From NCBI GenBank assembly GCA_964609855.1, contig CAZSTB010000001.1:27854-91853 (forward strand): DNA of 64,000 nt, read 5' to 3'. The notes beneath the pieces are model-generated. The model was not told the DNA's origin. It made no database searches and was given only the letters and a program-made list of their open reading frames with translations. Both the position numbers and the translations under genes were made by a program. This DNA comes from an uncultured Bdellovibrionales bacterium. Its GTDB lineage: Bacteria > Patescibacteriota > Minisyncoccia > Moranbacterales > GWC2-37-73. Every line of letters begins with the position of its first letter. The stretch's first letter is position 1. Below, piece by piece: positions 48,513-57,625 of this stretch.

Positions 48513-51500
48513 ATGAAATACAACATCGGAAAACTTATAAAAACAGAAAGAAAAAAGCATGGATGGGACCAGGCTGAATTGGTTCGTCGCCTGGGTGGGT
48601 CGATACGTCAGCAGGCTATCAGCGGTTGGGAGCGTGGTGCTTCTCGACCTACTCGCGAAACCATTCATCTTTTAAGTAGAGAATTTGAAATTGAAGAAAA
48701 AATCCTTTTAGAGAAAGCTGGGTACATAAGTGGAGTGGAAAGGATTCCCAGAAAACCAGTTAGACCACTGCTTACTACACTTCCAATTGCTGATCTTACT
48801 CCTTATCAATTCGAACAATTTTCAGCGGATTTAGCTTCTTATTTGAACCCGGAAAAAGGTGTTTCAATTGCTCGCTATGGGTCCACTGGCCATAAGCAGG
48901 AAGGTGCTGATATTATAGTTACAAAAAGCGGTCGCAAGAAAGCTATTTATCAATGCAAGAGAGTTAACCAATTTGGACCAGCCGCAATAAAAAAAGCAGT
49001 TGATGATACAAATCTCGTTGCAGAAAATTATTATTTGCTTCTTACGCGGGTAGCCACTCCTCAAGCTCGCGAGGAAATCCAAAAATATGAAAAATGGATA
49101 CTTTGGGATATTGAAGATATTTCACAACGAGTTCGTGAATTGCCAGTAGATAAAGCTCTTCGCTTAGTTGAAACATATTTCCCAGGTGGTTGGAGGGAAC
49201 AATTTCTTGGTATTGATGATTCCGGACCGTGGACTTCTGTTGAGGATTTTTATCGTCGTTTTAATGGTGACCAAATCTTTTCACATACATGGGGGCTGGT
49301 TGGTCAAGAAAAAATTATTGATGAAATCAAACTTTTTTATGCGGATGCTCAGCAAAAATTAGGTGTTATATCAGGGAGAGGAGGCAGCGGAAAGACTCGT
49401 CTTTTGCGCGAGTTAGCGAAAATAGCTCAAGAGGATTTTGAATACAATGTTCGTTTTTTAGGTAATGGTCAAAAACCAACTTTAAAAAATTATGAGTTAT
49501 TGCGGGATATTTCTAAACTTTTAATTATAGTAGATGATGCTCATGAGCGTTCAGATATTGCTCAAATCATTGATGGTATCCATGGAGCACAACCTGAAGC
49601 AAAAATTATTTTAGCACTACGTCCATATGGCTTTTCTCAACTATCTTCCGATTTGCGCCGTATAGGTGTGCATCCCTCTGAATTTCCAAGCTGGGAAATT
49701 CAGGAAATAAAATTTCAAGATGCAGAAAAATTAACAAAAGAAGTGCTAGGTGACAAGGCTGACTCTAGAATAGTTTCACGTATAGCTCATATGACAAAAG
49801 ATTGCCCATTGTTGACGGTTGTTGGTGCTGGCTTATTTAAGCGCGGTGAATTAGATGTTCTACAGTTGGAATCTGACGATCAAATAAAAGAAGAAATCTT
49901 ATCCAGATTTAGAGATACATTTATTGAAAGTTCAAGCCAAGGAGATTCAACCATATTAAATACCGTGCTAAATACCATTTCCGCGCTGCAACCTTTTCCG
50001 CTTAATGATCCTGATTTTCGCAAAACATTGGAAAAACTGTCCAATAAACATTGGGATGAGTTGATACCATATATTCGAAGATTAGAAGAAAAGGGAATTT
50101 TATTAAAAAGAGGTAATGTAGTCAGAATCGTTCCGGATTTATTAGGAGATGTTATATTAGCTGAAGCGTGTTTTGATAACAGTGGAAGTACCGGTTACAT
50201 AGAAAGGCTTTTTGCTGATTTGTCTGATATTCCTTTGCAGCATCTCATTATAAATACTGCCCGAGTTGACTGGCAGGTAAATACATCCAAGAGAGGACAA
50301 TCTCTTGTTGGATTTCTTTGGCCTAAAATTATTTCTGAATTTGAATCATCGGACTGGGGTGGTCGCTTAGTAATAATGAAGCTTTTGAAAAAAGTTGCTT
50401 TTTTTCAGCCAGAACAAACGCTATCTCTTGTAAATATAGCAATGACAGAAATTTCCGAAGATTCTGATGAAAAAACACGAGATGATATTTTTTCTTTGAA
50501 TAATGAGCATGTTATGCACGCTATTCCAGAAGTATTGAAACAAGTTGCTTATAATTTCGATTTTTTGAAAGAAGCTGCTGATTTACTTTGGGAGCTCGCC
50601 AGAAAAGATGATAGAAGAACAAATTCTTATCCAGATCATCCTATTCGTATTCTTCAGGATTTGGCTTCTTATTCACCATGGAAACCAGCTTATTTCAATG
50701 AGAAATTAGCAGATATTGCAATAAACTGGCTAAACGAAGAAAAAAAATCAATCCATTCTCCATTTGATATTCTTGAAACATTGCTTGCTACTGAAAGTTC
50801 AGAAACTTTATCTGAAGGACCTACGCTTACATTTAGGCCTTTTGCAGTAAGATTAGAGGCTGTACAGAAGATTAGAGATTCTATTTTGCAGGTGGCTTTT
50901 TTGCAGGCAAACACAAAAGAAATTGGAAAAGCAGCTCGAGCAGTGGATGCTATAAGTAAGGGAATAAGTTACCCCATGGGCATGTTTAATAGGATTCCTT
51001 CTGAGGCGGAGCGTTCTCATTGGACTCCTTATTTTGTAAAAACTATTTCAGAGCTTGGAGAGCTTGCAAGGATGCCAGAATTAGATCCTACTATTGCACT
51101 TGAAATACGCAAGGCTTTGCAATGGCACAGGATGTATTCTAAAACAGAAACAAAAAATGCTGCCCTGGAAGCGCTCAAAGGTATGCCAGAAGGAATTGAG
51201 CACCAAATGGCTTTAGCGCTCCACTCTGGCTGGGGAGATTTAGTTTTTGAAAGAATCCGTGATTTCAAATTAAGAGATGAGCGAAGAGAAGCTTGGTATG
51301 AGGAGTTAGCTGAAAATCTAGGTCGCACTTATTCTGATCAAGAAATTGCAGATCTGTTGGAAAGTCGTCTAAATGCACAAAAAGAAGTATCGGATAGTCA
51401 ATCGCATCCAGGTCCTTTCATGTGGGCGCTAGTAAAAGAAAACCCTTCTATTGGGGAAATTATCTGTGAGAAAGTTATGGAGAATAATGACTCAGTTTTT

Positions 51501-52616
51501 CTAGCTGTTCTTCCTATAGTGCTTTCGCAGATGATGGAAAATGATTCAGCGAAAAATATACTTGTAATCCGTAAGCTTGTTGCAACTGAAAATCTCTCTG
51601 TAATTCGTTCGGTCGTTCATGCTTTTGGATGGAATCGTGGTGGGCGAGACGAACTAAATGAGGAAGAATTTGATATTTTATGTGTATTGGCCAAACATTC
51701 AGATCAGCATATTCGAAGTTCTTTGATAAGAGTTGTTCATTATATTTCTTCTAAGCATCTTGATAAAGCAATAAAACTTGTTTCTCTTATTGAATTTGGA
51801 GATTCTTTACAGGTGGCAAGTGAAGTATTTTCCATTTTCGGAAAGCATGGCGTTATGAAGCTAGAGGACTTGGGTTCGGATGAAATTGAAAAAATATGGC
51901 AGCAATTAAAAATAGTTTCCTCCATTGATGATCATTCCATTATGGAGTTCCTATTCGAGGCATCAGAAAAAAATCCAGATAAAGTGTTAGAATTGCTCAA
52001 GGGACGGATTGAATATGGAGAAATGCATCCAGAAATTAAAGATTTTAATGAACTGCCGTTTCATTGGGATGGCAATTTTCGATTTCGTGAACATCCAAGC
52101 TTTAAACAGTTACTTAGAGAAATTCGTGATTGGATGGCCGAGAAGCCAGATTCTTGGGGGAGGATGATGGAAGGTGCAAAACTATTTCAAAATGTATCTG
52201 GAGAATTTGATGACATTGTTATTGGTGTACTTGAAGAAGTTTTATATTCTGGAACAGATGGTCAACTAGAAGCTGTCAGCTACATATTGCGTGAAGCGCC
52301 AAAAAATTTGATATTGGATAATCCTGCTTTTGTAGAAAGAGTGTTGGAGATAGCTAATAATCGAGGAGAGGAGAAGTTGAGAAACATCAGTTTCAGTCTT
52401 ATATCCGCTGTAGAGAATGGCGTAAGGAGTGGAACACTAGGAGAGCCTTTTCAGGCAGATGTTGAGCAAAAAGAAAAAGCATTAAGGATTGCGGAGTCCC
52501 TTGTCTCTGGTACTTTGGTGGAAAAATTTTACCGAACACTTGCAGAATCAGCCGAGAGAAACATGAATTGGCATGCCGAAAGTAATGAGAAAATGCAGGA
52601 CTCTCGCGAATGGTAA
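48513..52616 (+). CDS. XRE-HTH + restriction-endonuclease-like + STAND-type NTPase + helical-repeat protein (Avs/NLR-like)
   Basis: HTH (QAELVR...QQAISGWERG), nuclease (FEQF..DL...ADII...YQCK), Walker A GRGGSGKT, Walker B LIIVDDAH, ~900-aa helical C-terminus. Confidence 0.8.
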   Translation: MKYNIGKLIKTERKKHGWDQAELVRRLGGSIRQQAISGWERGASRPTRETIHLLSREFEIEEKILLEKAGYISGVERIPRKPVRPLLTTLPIADLTPYQFEQFSADLASYLNPEKGVSIARYGSTGHKQEGADIIVTKSGRKKAIYQCKRVNQFGPAAIKKAVDDTNLVAENYYLLLTRVATPQAREEIQKYEKWILWDIEDISQRVRELPVDKALRLVETYFPGGWREQFLGIDDSGPWTSVEDFYRRFNGDQIFSHTWGLVGQEKIIDEIKLFYADAQQKLGVISGRGGSGKTRLLRELAKIAQEDFEYNVRFLGNGQKPTLKNYELLRDISKLLIIVDDAHERSDIAQIIDGIHGAQPEAKIILALRPYGFSQLSSDLRRIGVHPSEFPSWEIQEIKFQDAEKLTKEVLGDKADSRIVSRIAHMTKDCPLLTVVGAGLFKRGELDVLQLESDDQIKEEILSRFRDTFIESSSQGDSTILNTVLNTISALQPFPLNDPDFRKTLEKLSNKHWDELIPYIRRLEEKGILLKRGNVVRIVPDLLGDVILAEACFDNSGSTGYIERLFADLSDIPLQHLIINTARVDWQVNTSKRGQSLVGFLWPKIISEFESSDWGGRLVIMKLLKKVAFFQPEQTLSLVNIAMTEISEDSDEKTRDDIFSLNNEHVMHAIPEVLKQVAYNFDFLKEAADLLWELARKDDRRTNSYPDHPIRILQDLASYSPWKPAYFNEKLADIAINWLNEEKKSIHSPFDILETLLATESSETLSEGPTLTFRPFAVRLEAVQKIRDSILQVAFLQANTKEIGKAARAVDAISKGISYPMGMFNRIPSEAERSHWTPYFVKTISELGELARMPELDPTIALEIRKALQWHRMYSKTETKNAALEALKGMPEGIEHQMALALHSGWGDLVFERIRDFKLRDERREAWYEELAENLGRTYSDQEIADLLESRLNAQKEVSDSQSHPGPFMWALVKENPSIGEIICEKVMENNDSVFLAVLPIVLSQMMENDSAKNILVIRKLVATENLSVIRSVVHAFGWNRGGRDELNEEEFDILCVLAKHSDQHIRSSLIRVVHYISSKHLDKAIKLVSLIEFGDSLQVASEVFSIFGKHGVMKLEDLGSDEIEKIWQQLKIVSSIDDHSIMEFLFEASEKNPDKVLELLKGRIEYGEMHPEIKDFNELPFHWDGNFRFREHPSFKQLLREIRDWMAEKPDSWGRMMEGAKLFQNVSGEFDDIVIGVLEEVLYSGTDGQLEAVSYILREAPKNLILDNPAFVERVLEIANNRGEEKLRNISFSLISAVENGVRSGTLGEPFQADVEQKEKALRIAESLVSGTLVEKFYRTLAESAERNMNWHAESNEKMQDSREW

Positions 52617-52649
52617 TAATCAATTTTTTAGAAGTTAAAAAAATATAAA

Positions 52650-53393
52650 ATGAATGGATACAAAATTTTAGCAATAGACGAAACTGGTAAAGCAAGTTTA
52701 ACGCATAAATCAAAAAATTTTATACTTTCAGGAATAATTATCCCGGAAAGCTTTAAGCCGCAGTTGAAAAAAATGATGTGCAAATTAAAAATAAAACATT
52801 TCAATGATGAAGATCTGGTGTTTCATTGTAGAGATATGCTTCGAAAAAAAGGACCATTTGCTTGTTTAAGAGGAGATAAAAATAAAGAAATGCTTTTTTG
52901 GTCTGATTTTATAAGTATCCTAAATTCAGATAAAATTTCGTTGGCCTTCGTTATTACTGATAAGGAAAATGCAAAAAAATTAAATTGGAATGAAATAGCG
53001 ATACTAAGAAAAGCTTATAAAAAGATGCTTGAGCAATTTGTTGTGCAACATTTAAACCATAAAACAAACGGAAAAATAATAGTCGAATCTGATTCATCGC
53101 AAGACAAATTTTTGATTGAAGCCAATGCGAGGTTGCAGAGTGCGGGCATTCCTTCGGAAGGAATTAGTGGTTCAGATTATCGTGCTAAAATTACGTCATT
53201 AAGTTTAGTTAATAAACTAAATTTCGATGACGATATACAAATAGCAGATAGCTTAGCACTGATGGCGGATACGGTTTATGAAATGAAGATTGGCCGTCAT
53301 TCAAGGCGTGTTAATAAAGTTCAGCTCATGATGAAAAGACTCATAGAAAGAAAAATGAAAAATAAATTAGGTATTTTTGAGATTCTTTCATAA
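52650..53393 (+). CDS. DUF3800 domain protein
   Basis: AIDETG, FILSGII, FHCRD, IQIADSLA motifs. Confidence 0.8.
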   Translation: MNGYKILAIDETGKASLTHKSKNFILSGIIIPESFKPQLKKMMCKLKIKHFNDEDLVFHCRDMLRKKGPFACLRGDKNKEMLFWSDFISILNSDKISLAFVITDKENAKKLNWNEIAILRKAYKKMLEQFVVQHLNHKTNGKIIVESDSSQDKFLIEANARLQSAGIPSEGISGSDYRAKITSLSLVNKLNFDDDIQIADSLALMADTVYEMKIGRHSRRVNKVQLMMKRLIERKMKNKLGIFEILS

Positions 53394-53394
53394 C

Positions 53395-53512
53395 AAAAGA
53401 GTCGGCCATGGCTATCCGCGCTTTACCGACTCTTATATAATATACTACGCTTTTTTTGAAAAAAAATAACAAAAAAATCGGCCATGGCTATCCGCGCATA
53501 TACCGACTTCTT
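53395..53512 (-). repeat. Two tandem hairpin repeats (candidate small RNA) convergent on the DUF3800 gene
   Basis: tcggccatggctatccgcgc-N3-4-taccgact at 53402 and 53478; minus-strand promoter TTGACA-N17-TAGGAT at 53548-53520. Confidence 0.8.
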
Positions 53513-53795
53513 ATACCTGATCCTACACCTTTTAGAAAAAAATGTCAAGTTTATAAAATTTGGCCTTAAAAAGGCAATTTCTTTGCGAAGAATGAATACT
53601 TTTTTAAAAATGTTTGTAAAATCGAAGTTAACTCCTCGAAAACTTGGAATTTCAATTTTGCTTGACATTTTTGCCAAAAAATGCTATCATTTCTTGATTA
53701 TTTCATATAATCACCCCTGTCATTTTTACAACAGAATAATTGTGTTTTTTAGTTTTTTAACCGAAGTCAAATAACCCACAGAGGAGGAAGTCGCA

Positions 53796-55052
53796 ATGAA
53801 AAAGAGTCAGGTTAATGTTTTTGATAAAGGAACGCCGGATTACGTGATAGCTCACGCAGTCAGGCAGCAGAAAAGAGGACGTCGCCCTTCAATGGCCTTT
53901 CTTGGTGAAAGGAATCCGGAGAAGGCTTTGGCTCTAGCAAAACGTTTCAAGGGCTGCAACATGGTAGTTTCCCAGGATGGTGAAAAGCAATGGAAGGTTA
54001 CGTTTAACGGAGCCATCGCTGCACAGATCCACATGGACTACCAGAACCAGGCTGACAAGGTTGTTCTCATGAACGACGACAAGCGCTGCCAGCGGTTCGT
54101 CAAAGAGCTCGTCCTCTCGCATGCAGTACAGTTCGTTATGCAGCGGGGACCGATGCCGGCAGCACTTCTAAGGGTTGTTCCTGAACGCGCGCTGGAAGAA
54201 TATACCTGCGAAAACCTGATAAGCTTTGGCAAGATTCCCAGTAGTATTTTCGCGATGAGCGACAAAACCCTGGGCTCATATCTTTCCCAGTTCGTCACCG
54301 TTGTTGAAGGAAAGTATTCCAGCCCCGAACAAATGCTCACCTGCCTGTTGATGGAAATCTACGAGAAGAAAGGTATCCTTCTGGGTATCCGGGACGCTCA
54401 GTGGTCACGCATGGACGATGGTCATATCGTCGCTACGTTCGAAATAAAAAGCGAACAAACCTTCAAGGTGTGGAATGGTAACGACGCAAGCAACATGTTT
54501 CATTTCGTCGCACCTTACCACCCGTCGAGGAACGGCAAGAAAAGCGTCTGCCTGATCAACGGCAGCACCGATTATTACATCAGGGGAAGCGAGGCCGGAA
54601 TCAGAAGAGTGCTTTCTCCTGAAGAATCGAGACCTGTGAAGGAAGGATTGTTTCTTTCTTCTACCTGGTCAAAAATCAACCATCCGTTCTACGCCGAGGG
54701 TAAGACCTTGGGCATCGAGTTTTCGGCCGTGCTCTGCATGTCGAAAACCGGCTACCAGACGCTCTACGAGTTACTGCTTGCAGCAATGAATCAGGACAAT
54801 CTGTTTGTAGCGGTCAGTGGAGGGTTTGGCTCTCCTTACGATTATGCACAGAACGTCCTGAGTCGCAAAGGCATCCGTTCGCCTGCAGGCAAACAAGGGG
54901 CTCACGAAGTTCGTGGCTCCGAAGAGGACTGCGTCTGGGAACACGAGGTTCTCAAGTCGGAAGGCGTTCTGGACAAAAGTGTCGCTCCGGACTGGTTTTA
55001 CCACGAAGGGTGGCTCAAGATTTTCGAAGGAGAAGAAAAGAAGTTCAACTAA
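53796..55052 (+). CDS. Hypothetical protein (GC-richer codon usage)
   Basis: 418-aa ORF, SD GAGGAGG, upstream promoter TTGACA-N17-TATCAT. Confidence 0.75.
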   Translation: MKKSQVNVFDKGTPDYVIAHAVRQQKRGRRPSMAFLGERNPEKALALAKRFKGCNMVVSQDGEKQWKVTFNGAIAAQIHMDYQNQADKVVLMNDDKRCQRFVKELVLSHAVQFVMQRGPMPAALLRVVPERALEEYTCENLISFGKIPSSIFAMSDKTLGSYLSQFVTVVEGKYSSPEQMLTCLLMEIYEKKGILLGIRDAQWSRMDDGHIVATFEIKSEQTFKVWNGNDASNMFHFVAPYHPSRNGKKSVCLINGSTDYYIRGSEAGIRRVLSPEESRPVKEGLFLSSTWSKINHPFYAEGKTLGIEFSAVLCMSKTGYQTLYELLLAAMNQDNLFVAVSGGFGSPYDYAQNVLSRKGIRSPAGKQGAHEVRGSEEDCVWEHEVLKSEGVLDKSVAPDWFYHEGWLKIFEGEEKKFN

Positions 55053-55081
55053 ATATCAACTTCAAATGGAGGTATAGGAAC

Positions 55082-56074
55082 ATGACAAGCACACAGAAGG
55101 TTTTCGTCCCCGAAGAGCACTTCCGGGAAGTTCCCGACAGTTTTTCGGGAGAATCCAACATCGTTAGTGTCGAGTCCCGAGTTTGCTCCAACGGCATCAT
55201 CCTTGATAACCTCAAGGAAGTCGAGTGCGCACTCAGGATCCACAACGGGGAAATGCTTCTTACTCCGGTGTCTAGCACGTTTACCAATATGGATCTGATC
55301 GGCAATATGTTCAAGTCGGCCGGCCCCATGGGAGCAGGACTCGCAGCTATGGCCAGTCAAACGCTGATGAAAGGCAAGGACTTTGTCGGCACGATGATGG
55401 CGGAAGCGAGATGTAACCTTGCCACTACTGGCAAATACCATCGCAGTTACGACTACGACGCCATGGGAACGAATTTCCTGAAAACCTCGGTAACTGTTGC
55501 CAGGGTGGAAAGCAAGTTCGTTCTTAATATCAGTGGCTCCCGGGTCGAAACAGATCTGAGTGTACTCCTTGGGAAAAGGGTTGCACTTTCGAGCGCGGTT
55601 ATCTACGCAAATCTGAGTGTTGTCGACGAATGGTGGTATAATCTGAACCTGAAAAAGGTTCTCGGCGACATTGGCTATCTTGATCCCGATTTCGAGCCTA
55701 CCTGGCCGCAACTTGCGCAGGTTCTGGCCTCTGAAGGTCACCAATTCCGGTTACCGATTCTGAAGGATGGTGTTCCTCTCGATCTCTTGATCAGCGTGGA
55801 TTATTCCAGCTATCGGTACCCTTCGGAAGAAGACAAGCGGGCAAGTAAGGACCTGACCAGAGCAATCGGCAGTAACGTTGCCGGCGCCACCTGGAACGCC
55901 TATCGCCACCAACGCGAGGAAGCAACCAATGAAGACAGAAAGCTTCAGATAACTGTTGCACATCACGGCAGGGGCTATGGTTCCTCGCCGGTAATCGATC
56001 CCGCGTTCACTGATGCTTTGGCAACAGTGGCAAGGGAGATCGAAGAAAAGCTCATCAAGAAAGTAGTCGCTTAA
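55082..56074 (+). CDS. Hypothetical protein (GC-richer codon usage)
   Basis: SD GGAGGT before ATG 55082 (MTSTQK). Confidence 0.75.
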   Translation: MTSTQKVFVPEEHFREVPDSFSGESNIVSVESRVCSNGIILDNLKEVECALRIHNGEMLLTPVSSTFTNMDLIGNMFKSAGPMGAGLAAMASQTLMKGKDFVGTMMAEARCNLATTGKYHRSYDYDAMGTNFLKTSVTVARVESKFVLNISGSRVETDLSVLLGKRVALSSAVIYANLSVVDEWWYNLNLKKVLGDIGYLDPDFEPTWPQLAQVLASEGHQFRLPILKDGVPLDLLISVDYSSYRYPSEEDKRASKDLTRAIGSNVAGATWNAYRHQREEATNEDRKLQITVAHHGRGYGSSPVIDPAFTDALATVAREIEEKLIKKVVA

Positions 56075-56105
56075 TCTTACGTCGTTGAATCAACGAAGCA
56101 CCAAT

Positions 56106-56143
56106 AAAAGACCCACAAGCATAATTGCGCTTGTGGGTCTTTT
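56106..56143. terminator. Bidirectional terminator
   Basis: aaaagacccacaagc-ataattgc-gcttgtgggtctttt. Confidence 0.8.
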
Positions 56144-56149
56144 CAATTT

Positions 56150-56251
56150 CTAATAACAGATTGAAGTCAATTCCCTTATTTGCCTTACTGCAATATCGGG
56201 ATCTGGAAACATCCTTTCCCATTCCAAAGTTCGGAACGTGCGTACCCAAGC
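56150..56251 (-). other. Detached 33-codon recombinase C-terminal tail in the attR arm
   Basis: Frame set by the GAGCA core reads AWVRTFRTLEWERMFPDPDIAVRQIRELTSICY*, ending just before the terminator. Confidence 0.7.
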
Positions 56252-56412
56252 GAGCAAGCTCAAAAAATACACCATTTATTGGTGTATTTTTGCTTTACCT
56301 TAACTATAATGGTAGTTCTGAAATAGCACTTTTCAATTCTTTGCTCTTAGTTATCTTGTATGAAAATATGATATACTATAATCAATGATAAATCTTAAAG
56401 GATAAGTATTAT

Positions 56413-56835
56413 ATGAAAATGAAGCCTTGGCAAATCAATTCGTTACTTATATTGGGATATGTTGGCATTGTGTATCTTATGCCAAAAGAATATAAGCAAA
56501 TAGTCGGATATGTAATTACTATCCCAAGTGCAATTTGGGTATTTTTTGATGCTAAAAAACTTGATATTAAAAAATACAAAGCTAGCAATATAGGAACTGC
56601 CTCACCATTCTGGGTTGCATTTTTCGTTGCCTTTTTTTGGATACTTGCAATGCCCATATACATTAGCTGGAGACAAAAAATTATTAATGGAAAATGTCCT
56701 TTAAAAGAAGAAATAGTGGCAAGTTCTCAAAAAAAATCTAAAAAATCCTGGACTTCGTTTTTTATTACATTATTAGCAGTAATTGTTGTGGTAGTTTCAG
56801 TTATATTTTATATAAATTATTACTATTCTAAATAA
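56413..56835 (+). CDS. Membrane protein
   Basis: Several TM segments, WVFFDA..., W.LAMPIY motif. Confidence 0.7.
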   Translation: MKMKPWQINSLLILGYVGIVYLMPKEYKQIVGYVITIPSAIWVFFDAKKLDIKKYKASNIGTASPFWVAFFVAFFWILAMPIYISWRQKIINGKCPLKEEIVASSQKKSKKSWTSFFITLLAVIVVVVSVIFYINYYYSK

Positions 56836-57014
56836 GCTGTTTGCATAAATAAAGGCAGTGATTGCATATCCAATTCAATCTTTGTTAGGTTTAAACTTCT
56901 GAACACATCAGCTATTGAGAGCACTTGACAAAAATATAGCATTATGCTATATTTTTTTGTTAGTTAAAAAATAGTAGTTCATATCATCACAGAATTATCA
57001 AGAGGAGGTTCGTC

Positions 57015-57299
57015 ATGGAACACAATTTTCCTGCAAATGCATTAGGCTTAAAACGAGGTTCCATCATAGTTAGCGCTCATCCGCAAGTTGAAGAACAGCT
57101 TGGGGTGAAAGTTGGAGATTCGCTGCCAATTGGCTTCGATGGCACCTATGTTTGCTGTGCTGGATTCACCTGGTCAATCGAACAACTTGTGAAGGAGATT
57201 AGATATGGGTTATGGACCATCAACAACAAATGCGTAGACTTATCTTCAGAAGAAGCTCGACATGAGTTCCGTTCAATTGTCGAGAGAACTGCAGAGTAA
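57015..57299 (+). CDS. Hypothetical protein
   Basis: SD GAGGAGG, promoter TTGACA-N17-TATATT upstream, terminator downstream. Confidence 0.7.
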   Translation: MEHNFPANALGLKRGSIIVSAHPQVEEQLGVKVGDSLPIGFDGTYVCCAGFTWSIEQLVKEIRYGLWTINNKCVDLSSEEARHEFRSIVERTAE

Positions 57300-57407
57300 G
57301 AAAAGGTAAAAAAATTTATAGAGCTGCATGGCATCGTCCATTAGAAAAGCTAAATCCGCACGCTTAAGCAGGGTGCGGTTTTTTTTATCCCAATTAAATT
57401 TAAATTC

Positions 57408-57510
57408 TTCAAATGCTTTTTGAAAGCTTACCCCACTCAATAGTTCTAAGTTTATTTATCAGAGGGCTCATAATAGGGAGGATGCTAACTTCGGCCTCTT
57501 TTTTCTGTCT
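57408..57510 (-). pseudogene. Fossil recombinase C-terminus spanning an attP-like junction (core ~57466-57470)
   Basis: Reads RQKKEAEVSILPIMSPLINKLRTIEWGKLSKSI*, aligning without gaps to the predicted excised-form tail KGKRDAFASLHPIVLAWVRTFRTLEWERM. Confidence 0.7.
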
Positions 57511-57625
57511 ATATCTAAATCTAATGTAAGCTGGACAAGATCTTTAAAATCTGCTACAATTGATGTATAGTAAAGACGGGTAATGCCGTCTTTTTATTTA
57601 TTTAAGTCAATGATAAACAAACAAA

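Larger units (their letters stand above)
43289..56256. mobile_element. tRNA-Asn-integrated element (~13 kb), attL core GAGCA 43289-43293, predicted attR core GAGCA 56252-56256
   Basis: Recombinase abutting the tRNA; shared GAGCA core with GTTCG 13 bp (tRNA side) versus 18 bp (attR side) upstream; in-frame recombinase tail at attR. Confidence 0.75.

Noticed and set aside
53391-53542. Possible CRISPR array
   Set aside because: Only two units, the intervening sequences resemble each other, and no cas genes are present
53590-53660. Possible additional att junction between the DUF3800 repeats and the orphan operon
   Set aside because: Only a weak LQT echo of the RT motif, with no core match and no terminator hairpin
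55049-55744. 231-aa minus-strand ORF
   Set aside because: Antisense shadow of 55082-56074 with no start signals
43280-56256. Complete prophage or conjugative element
   Set aside because: No capsid, portal, large terminase, tail, relaxase or T4SS genes
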